From positions 127,324 through 191,323 of the forward strand of contig CAWHIX010000008.1 of assembly GCA_963829545.1 (NCBI GenBank): 64,000 bases of DNA, given 5' to 3'. Both the position numbers and the translations under genes were made by a program. Every line of letters begins with the position of its first letter. The first letter of the stretch is position 1. The DNA comes from an uncultured Actinomycetes bacterium. GTDB taxonomy: Bacteria; Actinomycetota; Thermoleophilia; RBG-16-64-13. Below the pieces are notes generated by a model. It had not been told where the DNA came from. It made no database searches and worked only from the letters and a program-made list of their open reading frames with translations. Positions 48,497 to 58,330 of the stretch are shown here, one piece after another.

Positions 48497-49892
48497 ATGA
48501 CCGCATCGCATGCTACGATCGACCGCAAGCTCGTCGCCGAACTGACGGAGCGCGAGGAGAAGCGCCTGGAGGACGAGACCCCCAAGTCATACGAGATGTT
48601 CAAGCGGGCGTCCAAGATCGCTGGTCAACGGGGTCTCGTCCACCTACCAGGTGCGCGACCCCTACCCGATCTACTTCACGCCACGGCAAGGGCATCGAAG
48701 ATCTACTCGGTGGACGGCCAGCGAGATCAGCGACTTTCACAACGGCTTCGGCTGCATGGTGCAGGGCCACGCCCATCCGGCCATCGTCGAGACCATCAAG
48801 AAGCGCTGCGAGCTCGGCACGCAGTTCGCCCTGCCCACCGAGGACTCCATCATCGTGGCCGAGCATCTGGCCAAGAACTTCCGTCTGCCCAAGTGGCGCT
48901 TCGTGAACTCGGGCTCCGAGGCCACCATGGACGCCATCCGCATCGCCCGCGCCTACACCGGCCGCGACGTGATCATCAAGATCTTCGGCTCCTACCACGG
49001 CCACCACGACTACGTGATGGTGAGCCTGGGTGTCGCCGATTTCGGGAGACATCGGGCCCCGCGACAACTACAAGTCGATCTCCTACGGCGCGCGGCATCC
49101 CGCAGTCGTCCATCGACATGACCGTGGCGGTGCCCTTCAACGACGCCGAGAGCATGGGAAGCCCGCATCGAGCGGCTGATCGCCGAGGGGCGCAAGCCGG
49201 CCTGCGTCATCATGGAAGCGGCCATGATGAACCTGGGCGTGGTCCTGCCCGAGCCGGGCTACCTGGAGGCAGTGCGCGACATCACCAAGAAGCACGGCAT
49301 CGTGCTCATCTTCGACGAGGTCAAGACCGGCATCTGCACGGCTCCCGGCGGCGCGGTGGAGCGCTTCGGCGTGGTGCCCGACATGGTCACCCTGGCCAAG
49401 GCCCTGGCCGGCGGGCATGCCCTCGGGCGCCATCGGCGGCAGCGAAGAGGTCATGGACGGTGGTCGCCGAGCGGCAAGGTCTACCAGGTGGGCACCTACA
49501 GCGGCAACCCCCTGGCCATGGCCGGCGCCCGCACCAGCCTGGAGGAGGTCATGACCCCGGACGCCTACAAGCACCTCAACTACCTGAACGACCGGCTCAT
49601 CAGCGAGTGCGACGCCATCGGCGCCAAGTACGACTTCCCCGGCTACACCGTGGGCATCTCGTCCAAGGGCTGCGTCAACTTCGCCACCGGCAAGATCACC
49701 GACTACGAGTCGTTCATCAAGTACCAGGACGTGGAGCTGTGCACACTGGCCTGGCTCTACAACATGAACCGAGGCGTGATCATCGCGCCGGGGCGCGAAG
49801 AAGAATGGACCCTCTCCGTGCAGCACACCGACGAGGACATCGACCGCTACGTGAACGCCTTCGAGGAGATGGTGAAGGAAGTGACGAGGTAA
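48497..49892 (+). pseudogene. Class-III (PLP) aminotransferase (glutamate-1-semialdehyde aminomutase-like), with at least 4 apparent frameshifts.
   Basis: Fragments SGSEATMDAIRIARAYTG, IFDEVKTGI, TLAKALAGG and QVGTYSGNPLAMAG are spread over at least 4 frames. Ends ..NAFEEMVKEVTR*. Confidence 0.6.
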
Positions 49893-51218
49893 TGAGCGAG
49901 ATGAGGGACACCGAGCAACTTCTCGGCGCTGCGGAACCAGAACGTTCCCCGCGGGGTGACGCAGTACAATCCCATCTTCGCCGACCACGCCAAGAACTCC
50001 ATCATCACCACCGTCGACGGGCGTGAGTACATCGACTTCGCCGGGGGCATCGGGGTCATGAACGTCGGTCACTGCCCATCCCAAGGTGGTTGCGGCCGTA
50101 CAGGGCCAGGTGGAGAAGTTCTCGCACACCTCGTTCAACGTGGTCATGTACGAGTCGTACCTGCGCCTGGCCGAGAAGCTCAACCAGTCCACGCCCGGTG
50201 ACTTCCCAAGAAGACCATGTTCGTGAACTCGGGCGCCGAAGCGGTAGAGAACGGCATCAAGATCGCCCGCTACTTCACAGGCCGCCAAGCCGTCATCGCC
50301 TTCGAAGGGGCCTTCCACGGGCGGACGCTCATGGGCATGACCCTGACCTCCAAGGTGCTCCCCTACAAGACGGGCTTCGGGCCCTTCGCCCCGGAGATCT
50401 ACCGCATCCCCTACGCCTACTGCTACCGTTGCCCGCTGTCGCTCTCCTATCCGGAGTGCGGGGTCCGCTGCGCGGAGCTTCTGACCCAGGCCTTCCAGCA
50501 ATACGTGGAAGCCGAGACGGTGGCGGCGGTGATCGTCGAGCCGGTCCTTGGCGAGGGCGGGTTCGTGGCGCCCCCGCCGGAATACCTGCGGCGGCTGAAG
50601 GAGATCTGTGAGGACAACGGCACCGTCTTCATCTGCGACGAGATCCAGACGGGGATGGGTCGCACGGGGAGCCTGTTCGCCATCGAGCGCAGCGGCGTGG
50701 TGCCCGATATCCTCCTGACCGCCAAGTCGCTGGGTGCGGGCTATCCTCTGGCCGGCATCACCGGGCGCGCCGACATCATGGATGCTCCCCCGCCAGGGTC
50801 GATAGGGGGGACGTACGGGGGTAATCCCGCGGCCTGCGAGGCCGCTCTGGCGGTGTTCGACATCATGGAGGAAGAGGGCCTGCCGGCGCGGGCGGAGGCC
50901 ATCGGCAGGCGTACGCGGGAGCGCTTCGAGGCGCTGCAGCAACGCTTTCCGGTAGTCGGTGACGTGCGTGGCGCGGGCGCCATGATGGCCATGGAGCTGG
51001 TCGAAGACCGCCAGACGAAGGCGCCTGCGGCTGCGCTTGCCAAGGAGGTGCGCCTGGAGCTGTTCGAGCGCGGGGTCCTCTGTCTGCTGGCGGGAGTGGG
51101 CGACAACGTGGTCAGGCTGCTCGTGCCTTTGACCATCGAAGACGAGGTCCTCGACCGGGGCCTGGATATGATCGAGGCCGGCCTGGAGGCCGCGCTAGCG
51201 AAACGGAGCGCCGGCTAG
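49893..51218 (+). CDS. Class-III aminotransferase, 4-aminobutyrate aminotransferase-like, with about 3 apparent frameshifts in the first 350 nt.
   Basis: After the shifts it reads ..VPRGVTQYNPIFADHAKNS..DFAGGIGVMNVGH..HPKVVAAVQGQVEKFSHT.. and is then intact from about 50217 (GAEAVENGIKIAR.. ICDEIQTGMGRTG .. TAKSLGAGYPL ..). Confidence 0.65.
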
Positions 51219-51255
51219 AAGCTCTTTGGAGGGCCCGGGCAGTCAGCGGCCGGCG

Positions 51256-52566
51256 CTAACCCGCCGTCGCGAATGCCCTTTCCAGGAGCCTCAGCGCCTC
51301 GTCCACCTCGGCCGCCGAGACGATCAGCGGCGGCGTGAGGCGGATGACGTTGCCGTAGAGTCCACCCTTGCCGATGAGCAGGCCCAGGCGGCGCGTCTCC
51401 TCGAATATGCGCAGCACCTTCTTGGGGTCGGGTGCCTTGCCGTCGGGTGAGGCCGGATCGATGATCTCCAGGGCCTGCATGAGGCCCATGCCTCGGACGT
51501 CTCCGATGCTGGGATATTTCTCCTGCAAGGCTTCCAGTCCCTCACGCAGTCGGCGGCCTTGTACCTCGGCGTTGTCGGGCAGGCGGTTCTGTTCGATGAA
51601 GTCGATGGTCGCCAGCGCGGCGCGACAGCTGACCGGGTTGCCGCCGAAGGTGGCGATGGAGAGACCGCTGAAGGTGTCGGCTACCGCCGCCGTGGCCGTG
51701 GTGGCCCCCATGGGGATGCCGTTGGCGATGCCCTTCGCAAAGGTCATGATGTCCGGTTGCACGCCCCAGTGCTCGATCCCGCACCAGGCGGTGCCGGTGC
51801 GCCCCCAGCCCGTCTGCACCTCGTCGCAGATGAACAGGCCTCCGTACTTGCGGGCGATGGCAAGGACTTCCTGGAAGTACTCCTTGGGTGGGGTGATGAA
51901 GCCGCCCACGCCCTGGATGGGCTCGGCCATGAACGCGGCGATCTCTCCCGTGGTCGTCGTCTGGATGAGTTCCTCCACGTCGCGCGCGCAGCGCAGTTCG
52001 CAGGAGGGGTAGGTGAGTCCCAGGCTGCAGCGGTAGCAGTAGGGGTTGTGGGCGTGCTTGATATAGGGGATGGCACTGGGCATGGTCCGCCAAGGGGCGT
52101 GCGCGGTGATGTTGAGAGTCACCTCGCTGCGTCCGGAATAGGCGTGCCGCAGGGCGACGATGTCGGAGCGTCCGGTGGCGTGACGGGCCAGAAACACGGC
52201 GGTCTCATTGGCCTCGGTGCCCGAGGAGGTGAAGAAGCTCTTCTGAAGGGCGCCCGGGGTGATCTCGGCGATCTTCTCGGCCAGCTTGACCTGGGGCGCG
52301 GTGAGGTACAGGGTCGAGGTGTGCTGCAGGGTCTCGTTCTGGTCGATGATGGCCCGGTTCACCTCGTCGTTGCAGTGGCCCACGCTGACCGTGAGGATGC
52401 CACCGAAGAAGTCCAGGTAGTCCGTGCCCTGGTCGTCGGTGAGGTACATGCCCTTGCCGCGGACCAGGGTGAGGGGCTGTTCGTAGTACGTGCCTACGCA
52501 GGGAAAGAGGTATTCGCCCTGCAGACGCTCGATCTCGGCTCCCATGCGACCCTCGCTTGTCATCAC
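51256..52566 (-). CDS. Class-III (PLP) aminotransferase, intact (436 aa).
   Basis: SGTEANETAVFLAR, ICDEVQTGWGRTG, TFAKGIANGIPMGA (Schiff-base lysine region). Confidence 0.9.
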   Translation of the reverse strand: MMTSEGRMGAEIERLQGEYLFPCVGTYYEQPLTLVRGKGMYLTDDQGTDYLDFFGGILTVSVGHCNDEVNRAIIDQNETLQHTSTLYLTAPQVKLAEKIAEITPGALQKSFFTSSGTEANETAVFLARHATGRSDIVALRHAYSGRSEVTLNITAHAPWRTMPSAIPYIKHAHNPYCYRCSLGLTYPSCELRCARDVEELIQTTTTGEIAAFMAEPIQGVGGFITPPKEYFQEVLAIARKYGGLFICDEVQTGWGRTGTAWCGIEHWGVQPDIMTFAKGIANGIPMGATTATAAVADTFSGLSIATFGGNPVSCRAALATIDFIEQNRLPDNAEVQGRRLREGLEALQEKYPSIGDVRGMGLMQALEIIDPASPDGKAPDPKKVLRIFEETRRLGLLIGKGGLYGNVIRLTPPLIVSAAEVDEALRLLERAFATAG

Positions 52567-52738
52567 GCATCCTCCTCCAGTTGCAGCGGCACGTTCTCAC
52601 TTATAGCCAATGTCCGCGCCCGTGTCAAAGCGGTGACTCGGGGCGCTCTGAGGGCCTGCTGCTCGAGCCGGGAACCGACAACGACCCGTGCCGTCTGGTA
52701 TCTTGTAGCGTCCCCTCGAATCAGGAGCATGACTTTTC

Positions 52739-54616
52739 TTGGCTACGAAGAAGGCTGCCCACAAGCGTAAGCGCTCTCACAAGAGACGGCGCATCCTCCT
52801 AGCTGCTGGGATCGTCATCCTGGTTCTAGTGCTCGGGTTCCTCATCGACTCTGCCCTCTACTACAACAAGGTGCACGCGGGTGTGACAGTGTCCGGGCAG
52901 GATTTCGGCGGACTTACCCGCGACGAAGCCACTGTGGCCCTCCGCGACCTGGTGGAGGAGGCCGCGGAGAAACCCGTCACCCTGACGAGCGGCAATCGCA
53001 CATGGCCCGTCATGCCGGACGATGTGGGTACCAAGATCGACGTCGTGGGAGCAGTCCTGCAGGCCATGGGCGTCTCCCGGGACAGCAATCTGCTGGTAGA
53101 CGGCTTCGAGCGCATACTCCTTCATTTTCGGACCACCGACGTGCCTCTGGTAGGCAAGGTGGACGAGCAGAAGATGGACCAACTCCTGGCCGGGATCGCC
53201 AAGGAGATCGAGGTGCCCCCGGTGAATCCTGGTCTGGCCATCTCTGGGACGCAGATCAAGCCGGTGGAGGGACGCAAGGGGCGGATGGTCGACGAGGAGA
53301 CGCTGCGCTCCGAGCTGAAGGCTCTGCTGTTGACGCTCCATTCCACCGAACTCGACATTCCCATGGTTATCAAGGAGCCGACACTGCAGGCGGAGGACAC
53401 TGTCCAGGCTGTCGCGCAGGCGAAGACCATGATCGGCGCGCCGATCACTCTCACGCAGGGCGACAACTCCTGGAAACTCACCGCGGAGCAGGTCGGTGCC
53501 TACATGGACTTCACGACCGAGGATCGGAACGGTGTGGCCACGCTGGTCCCCTTCCTCTCGGCCCAGAAGATGGAGCCCTTCTTCGCGGAGATCGCCGACG
53601 CGGTCTACCGGAAGCCGGTCAATGCCACCTTCAAGGGCGACGGCACGCAGGCCTGGGTGGTGCCTGCGGTGGAAGGACACAAGCTCGACCCGGAGAAGAC
53701 GGCCGCCGCGCTGACGGCGGCGGCGCTGAAGCGGGAAGGGCGCGCCGCCAAGGTGGCGCTGACCGTCACCCAGCCCGACCGCACGACCGAAGAGGCTGAG
53801 GCGATGGGCGTCCATGACAAGCTGGCTGCCTTCACCACCACGTGGGAGGGGACCAAGGACCGGCAGACCAACGTCCGCATCACGACGAAGTACGCAAACA
53901 ATGTTCTCCTGGCTCCCGGCGACGTCTTCAATTTCGACGAGCAGATCGGCCCGCGCACGGAAGAGCGGGGCTACAAGATGGCGCCGGGTATCACGGCCGG
54001 CCAGCTGGAGGACCAGTTGGGGGGCGGGATCTGCCAGGTGTCCACCACCCTGTTCAACGCCGCCTTCTTCGCCGGCCTGGACATCCTGGAACGCAAGAAC
54101 CACTCCATCTACATCGATCACTATCCCAAGGGCCGCGACGCCACGGTGAGCGGCGGGAGTCCGAACATGCGCTTCCGTAACGACACCGGCAACTACATCC
54201 TGGTCCGTGGGGCGTCCGACGGTGTCACGACGACCTTCGTGATCTACGGCACTAAGACCGGTCGCAAGGTCGAGTACACCACCAGCGAGTTCTACGACGT
54301 CGTCCCCATGGAGAAGGTGGAGTACAACAAGTCGGCACTGAGCCCCGGCAAGACGGAGATCAAGACGGCCGGGCAGGATGGCAAGTCGATCAAGGTGGTG
54401 CGGGTGGTCAAGTCGTCCAGCGGCGAGGTGATCCACAAGGACACCTTCATCAGCATCTGGAAGATGATGCCGCGTGAGACTTATGTGGGCGTCGGCTCGA
54501 CGACCACCACCAAGGGCGAGTCGACGACCACCACGAAGAAGCCGGCGACGACTACCACTGTCACCGAGCCGACGACGACTACGGTGCCCGCGGAGCCGGA
54601 GGAAGGCACCGGCTAG
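52739..54616 (+). CDS. VanW-family protein with N-terminal membrane anchor and C-terminal Thr-rich tail.
   Basis: KRKRSHKRRRILLAAGIVILVLVLGFLI is the anchor. Central VanW-domain pattern (..YKMAPGITAGQLEDQLGGGICQVSTTLFNAAFFAGLDI..RKNHS.YI.HYP.G.DATV). 625 aa. Confidence 0.8.
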   Translation: MATKKAAHKRKRSHKRRRILLAAGIVILVLVLGFLIDSALYYNKVHAGVTVSGQDFGGLTRDEATVALRDLVEEAAEKPVTLTSGNRTWPVMPDDVGTKIDVVGAVLQAMGVSRDSNLLVDGFERILLHFRTTDVPLVGKVDEQKMDQLLAGIAKEIEVPPVNPGLAISGTQIKPVEGRKGRMVDEETLRSELKALLLTLHSTELDIPMVIKEPTLQAEDTVQAVAQAKTMIGAPITLTQGDNSWKLTAEQVGAYMDFTTEDRNGVATLVPFLSAQKMEPFFAEIADAVYRKPVNATFKGDGTQAWVVPAVEGHKLDPEKTAAALTAAALKREGRAAKVALTVTQPDRTTEEAEAMGVHDKLAAFTTTWEGTKDRQTNVRITTKYANNVLLAPGDVFNFDEQIGPRTEERGYKMAPGITAGQLEDQLGGGICQVSTTLFNAAFFAGLDILERKNHSIYIDHYPKGRDATVSGGSPNMRFRNDTGNYILVRGASDGVTTTFVIYGTKTGRKVEYTTSEFYDVVPMEKVEYNKSALSPGKTEIKTAGQDGKSIKVVRVVKSSSGEVIHKDTFISIWKMMPRETYVGVGSTTTTKGESTTTTKKPATTTTVTEPTTTTVPAEPEEGTG

Positions 54617-54723
54617 GGCCTGCTGCGTCGGGACGCCCCGGTTCGAGGCAGGTGCGCGCAGGGCCGGGCGCATGCGGAGCGGGGGGCGCGCGGGCGGGGC
54701 GCTGCGGGCCAGACAGACAGCGA

Positions 54724-54760
54724 AACGGGGCGCAGACCCATTCTGGGTCTGCGCCCCGTT
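54724..54760. terminator. Bidirectional intrinsic-terminator-like hairpin between the convergent VanW and repeat-protein genes.
   Basis: Perfect 17-bp inverted repeat aacggggcgcagaccca-ttc-tgggtctgcgccccgtt. Confidence 0.55.
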
Positions 54761-54797
54761 CACTAGAGAGTCCTTCTCGGGAGAGTTCCTCTAGGCG

Positions 54798-55545
54798 TCA
54801 GTCCTGGTTGGGGCAGTCACCGGTGCCGTCGCCGGCTCCGTTCGGGCCTCCAGGACCATTGGCGCCGGCGCCGCCGGCCTGAGAGCCGCCCGCGGGCACG
54901 CCGGTGCCGTCACAGTCGCCGTCCTGCAGCCGCTGCCGATCCTGAGTCTGATCACCGGCAGCCGTTCCTGCGCCGGTATCGTCGCACGTGCCATCACAGT
55001 CCTGCGCCTGCTCCTGCGTCTGCTGCCGGACCTGCGCTGCCGTTGTGGTGGCCTGGGCGGTCTGCGCAGCGGTCTGCTGCTGCGCCTGGGTGCGGACCGT
55101 GGCCTGCGCGCGGGCCGTGGTCGTGGTGCCGGCCGGGTCGCCTGCCTGCACCGCGGCGGCGGTCATCACGGCCGCGGTCACGCCGGCGGGGGCCACACTC
55201 GCGCCAGCTACGGTGGTCGCCGTAGCGCGCGGTCTGGGTCTGGTCGCCGTCGCAAGTGCCGTCGCAGTCGCCATTGCACGCGCCGGCGCCTTCGCCGTCA
55301 CACGTACCGTCACACTCGCCATCGCAGGTTCCGTCACAGTTCTCGCCTGTGCCGTCGCGCATCTGCAGTTGGTCGGCGCCGTCGAGACAGGTCGTGTTGG
55401 GACTGGCGAGGTTCTGATACTGGTTCGCCGCGCCGTTGGGCGCCTTGTCCGGACCCCCAGCGCCGGCCGCCAAGGCCGAGCCGCCGACGGCAAGCACCAG
55501 AGCGGCCACGACCGCGAGGGTCACCCACATCTTGCGTGTTCTCAT
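54798..55545 (-). CDS. Secreted Cys/Asp/Gly-rich repeat protein (CDGT-type repeats), with 1 or 2 apparent frameshifts.
   Basis: Signal peptide MRTRKMWVTLAVVAALVLAVGGSALAAG. Repeats DGTGENCDGTCDGECDGTCDGEGAGACNGDCDGTCDG are encoded by the gccgtcgca/gccgtcaca periodicity at 55200-55330. The second half lies in an overlapping frame (54798..55493). Confidence 0.45.
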
Positions 55546-55682
55546 CGAATACCTCCTGATCGACTTCGGGGTTTCAGCCCCGGGCGGTCACTTGAACCGC
55601 CTGTCATCAGTCTGAGGCCTCTCCCTAAGTGGACCATTAGACGCAGATGAGACATTCCTTATCGAGCTAGAATACTTCGATC

Positions 55683-56749
55683 ATGGGAAACATCGATCGC
55701 AGGACGTTTCTCCTAGTCTCGGGGCGCTGGTTGCTGTTGGCGGGGCTTACGCCGCTCGTGTCCGGCTGCGGCCGGGTGCTCAGCTGGTCGGAGTCTCAAG
55801 GGGGTTCCCCGGAGCCATACGGCGCCATTTCTGAGACCGTTTCCTCTACGAGCGTCTCCGTGTCCGATGCCGTCCCCCCCTCTACTACTACGGCTCCCGG
55901 CTTCGACTCGACCACTTCGTCCACGTCCCAACCGACGCCTGGGGCCGCGCCTGATCTGGTGGTCGTCAGCGGCGAAGCGCCCGACCAGAACGTGCGCGCC
56001 GCTATCTCGCGGCTGGGGGGTATGGAGCGGTTCGTAAGGCGGGACGCGAAGGTGGTCATCAAGCCCAACGTCCTCACGGGTAGACCACCTGAGTACGCGA
56101 CTACCACCAACCCTTTGGTCGTTTCGGCGCTCATCCGCATGTGCCTCGAGGCAGGGGCGGCGGAGGTCACCGTACTCGACTATCCCACCAGCAGTCCGCG
56201 CGCGGCGTTCAAGGAGTCAGGGATCGCGCAGGCGACCGAGGAGGCGGGAGGCAGGCTGAAGTATCTGGAGGACCGCCATTTCGAGCGGATGGAGATCCCC
56301 GAAGGCCGCTCCATTACTCCTGGCCGTTCGTGACCGATGTCTTTGAGGCCGACACTTTCATCAACGTCCCCATCGGCAAGACACACGGCATGGCCGGCCT
56401 CACCCTGGCCATGAAGAACCTCATGGGCGTGATGGGCGACCCGAGGGGTCGCATCCACACCGACTTCCCCCAGAAGATCACGGACGTGAACACGCTCATC
56501 AAACCGCACCTGGTGGTCCTCGACGCATACCGTATCCTCGTACGCAACGGTCCAACAGGCGGGGATCTGGATGACGTGGAGATGCCCAAGACGGTGGTGG
56601 TGGGGACGAGCCAGACGGCGGTGGATGCATATGGTGCCACCATCATGGGCTGGAAGCCGACCGATCTGCCCTCGCTTGTGGAGGCGGCCGAGCGGGGACT
56701 GGGGGAGATCGATCTATCCAAGCTCCGCATCGAACAGGCGACTGCGTGA
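55683..56749 (+). CDS. DUF362-domain protein with Tat signal / lipobox, one apparent frameshift near 56300.
   Basis: MGNIDRRTFLLVSG...LVSGC (twin-arginine plus lipobox). The DUF362 core spans the two frames (..VVIKPNV.. | ..FINVPIGKTHGMAGLTLAMKNLMG..). Confidence 0.6.
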
Positions 56750-58314
56750 CGGCAAGCGATACAGCCGCAGTGCGCCGCCGGGGACTCCATCGCTACAGAC
56801 GCGTCTTCCAGATCTTCTTCCTTCTTCTGTTCCTTGCACTGTTGACTCTCACCGTGTGGCCGGTGGCTACCCTTGTCTTCAGCGGCTTCCTGCTTGCCGA
56901 CCCTCTAATCGCCATCAACTCCCTGGTCAACGGGGTGCTCGAGTGGGAGTTTCTGCTGGCCGTACCCGTATTGCTGAGTCCGCTGTTCATCGGAAGAGCC
57001 TTCTGCGGCTATGTGTGTCCCACCGGGTTCCTGATCGAACTGTTCGGGCCGAAGCGCGAGCGCCATCCGGGGCCGCGGGCGCGCAGCGTGCTGAGAAGGG
57101 TCCCGCTCTTCGTGCTGGTGGGCGTCCTCGGGCTCATCCTCTTTGGTAGCGCGCTCTTTCTGGTCTTCGACCCCCTTTCTCTTCTCACCCGCGGCGCGAC
57201 CACTCTTCTCTACCCGGCTATAGACCGGGGTCTCGGCCTGGCCGGCGACGTCCTCTATCTGGTCCCACCGCTCCAAGGCGGGGTCGACCGGGTGGGTGAG
57301 GTGCTGACGGGCCGTCTGATCTTCTCCAACGGCCTCGTCTACAGGATGCAACTCTTCATGCTGGTGATGCTCGTGGGGATCGTCGCCGTCTCGTACTGGG
57401 AACGGCGACTCTGGTGCCGTCACCTCTGCCCGCTGGGGGCGTTGCTCGGTCTGGTGGGGAGGGCGGCGCTCTTCGGGCGCGTGGTCGATCGCCAGGCCTG
57501 CACCTCTTGCGGGGCCTGCACGGCCTCTTGTCCCATGGACGCTGTGCGCGACGAAGGCGCTTCCACCGACTGCTCCCGCTGCGAGATGGGATTGGAGTGC
57601 GCCGACACGTGTCCGCAAGGGGCCATACGCTGGGGCCGCAGACCCTTGAAGCAGTACGAGTACGACCCTAGCCGGCGCGCGTTGCTCAAGGCGGGAGGCC
57701 TGGCTGTGGTCGGGGGCTTCTTCCTCTACACGGGGCTCGGCAGAATCCAGCGCTCTCCCGGTCTCATCCGTCCTCCGGGCGCTCGTGCCGAACTCGACTT
57801 TATGGCCACCTGCGCCCGGTGCGCTCAATGCATGAAGGCCTGCCCGACCAACGTCATCCAGCCGGCGGTCTTCGACGCCGGCTGGGAGGGGTTTCTGACT
57901 CCGCAGATGGACTACCGGCGTGGCTACTGCGACTGGAGTTGCAACGAGTGCGGACAGGTGTGCCCTAGCCAGGCCATCCGCACACTACCCTTGGAGGAGA
58001 AGCGGCTCAAGGTGATAGGACGGGCTGTCATCGACCGTAACACCTGCATCCCTTGGGCGGAGGGGAGGGAGTGCCTCGTCTGCCAGGAGTTGTGCCCCAT
58101 CCCCGAGAAAGCCATCGTCTTGAGGGCAGGCGAAGCGGGAACTGAGGGCGCCTCGAGTTCGGGCACGAGGGGGTCTCACGCCGGCGTCAAGCTGCCGGTG
58201 GTGGTACCGGAACGCTGCATCGGGTGCGGTATATGCGAGTACAACTGCCCCGTAGGGGTCCTATCCGCCATCCGCGTGCGTGCTGTGCAGCAGACGGGCC
58301 TGTTCTCGAAGTAG
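56746..58314 (+). CDS. Membrane-bound polyferredoxin (NapH/MauN-like 4Fe-4S protein).
   Basis: N-terminal transmembrane helices with the CGYVCPTG motif. Multiple CxxCxxCxxxCP motifs in the C-terminal half. Start overlaps the stop of the DUF362 gene. Confidence 0.8.
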   Translation: MTASDTAAVRRRGLHRYRRVFQIFFLLLFLALLTLTVWPVATLVFSGFLLADPLIAINSLVNGVLEWEFLLAVPVLLSPLFIGRAFCGYVCPTGFLIELFGPKRERHPGPRARSVLRRVPLFVLVGVLGLILFGSALFLVFDPLSLLTRGATTLLYPAIDRGLGLAGDVLYLVPPLQGGVDRVGEVLTGRLIFSNGLVYRMQLFMLVMLVGIVAVSYWERRLWCRHLCPLGALLGLVGRAALFGRVVDRQACTSCGACTASCPMDAVRDEGASTDCSRCEMGLECADTCPQGAIRWGRRPLKQYEYDPSRRALLKAGGLAVVGGFFLYTGLGRIQRSPGLIRPPGARAELDFMATCARCAQCMKACPTNVIQPAVFDAGWEGFLTPQMDYRRGYCDWSCNECGQVCPSQAIRTLPLEEKRLKVIGRAVIDRNTCIPWAEGRECLVCQELCPIPEKAIVLRAGEAGTEGASSSGTRGSHAGVKLPVVVPERCIGCGICEYNCPVGVLSAIRVRAVQQTGLFSK

Positions 58315-58330
58315 CGGTCACGCATGCGGT

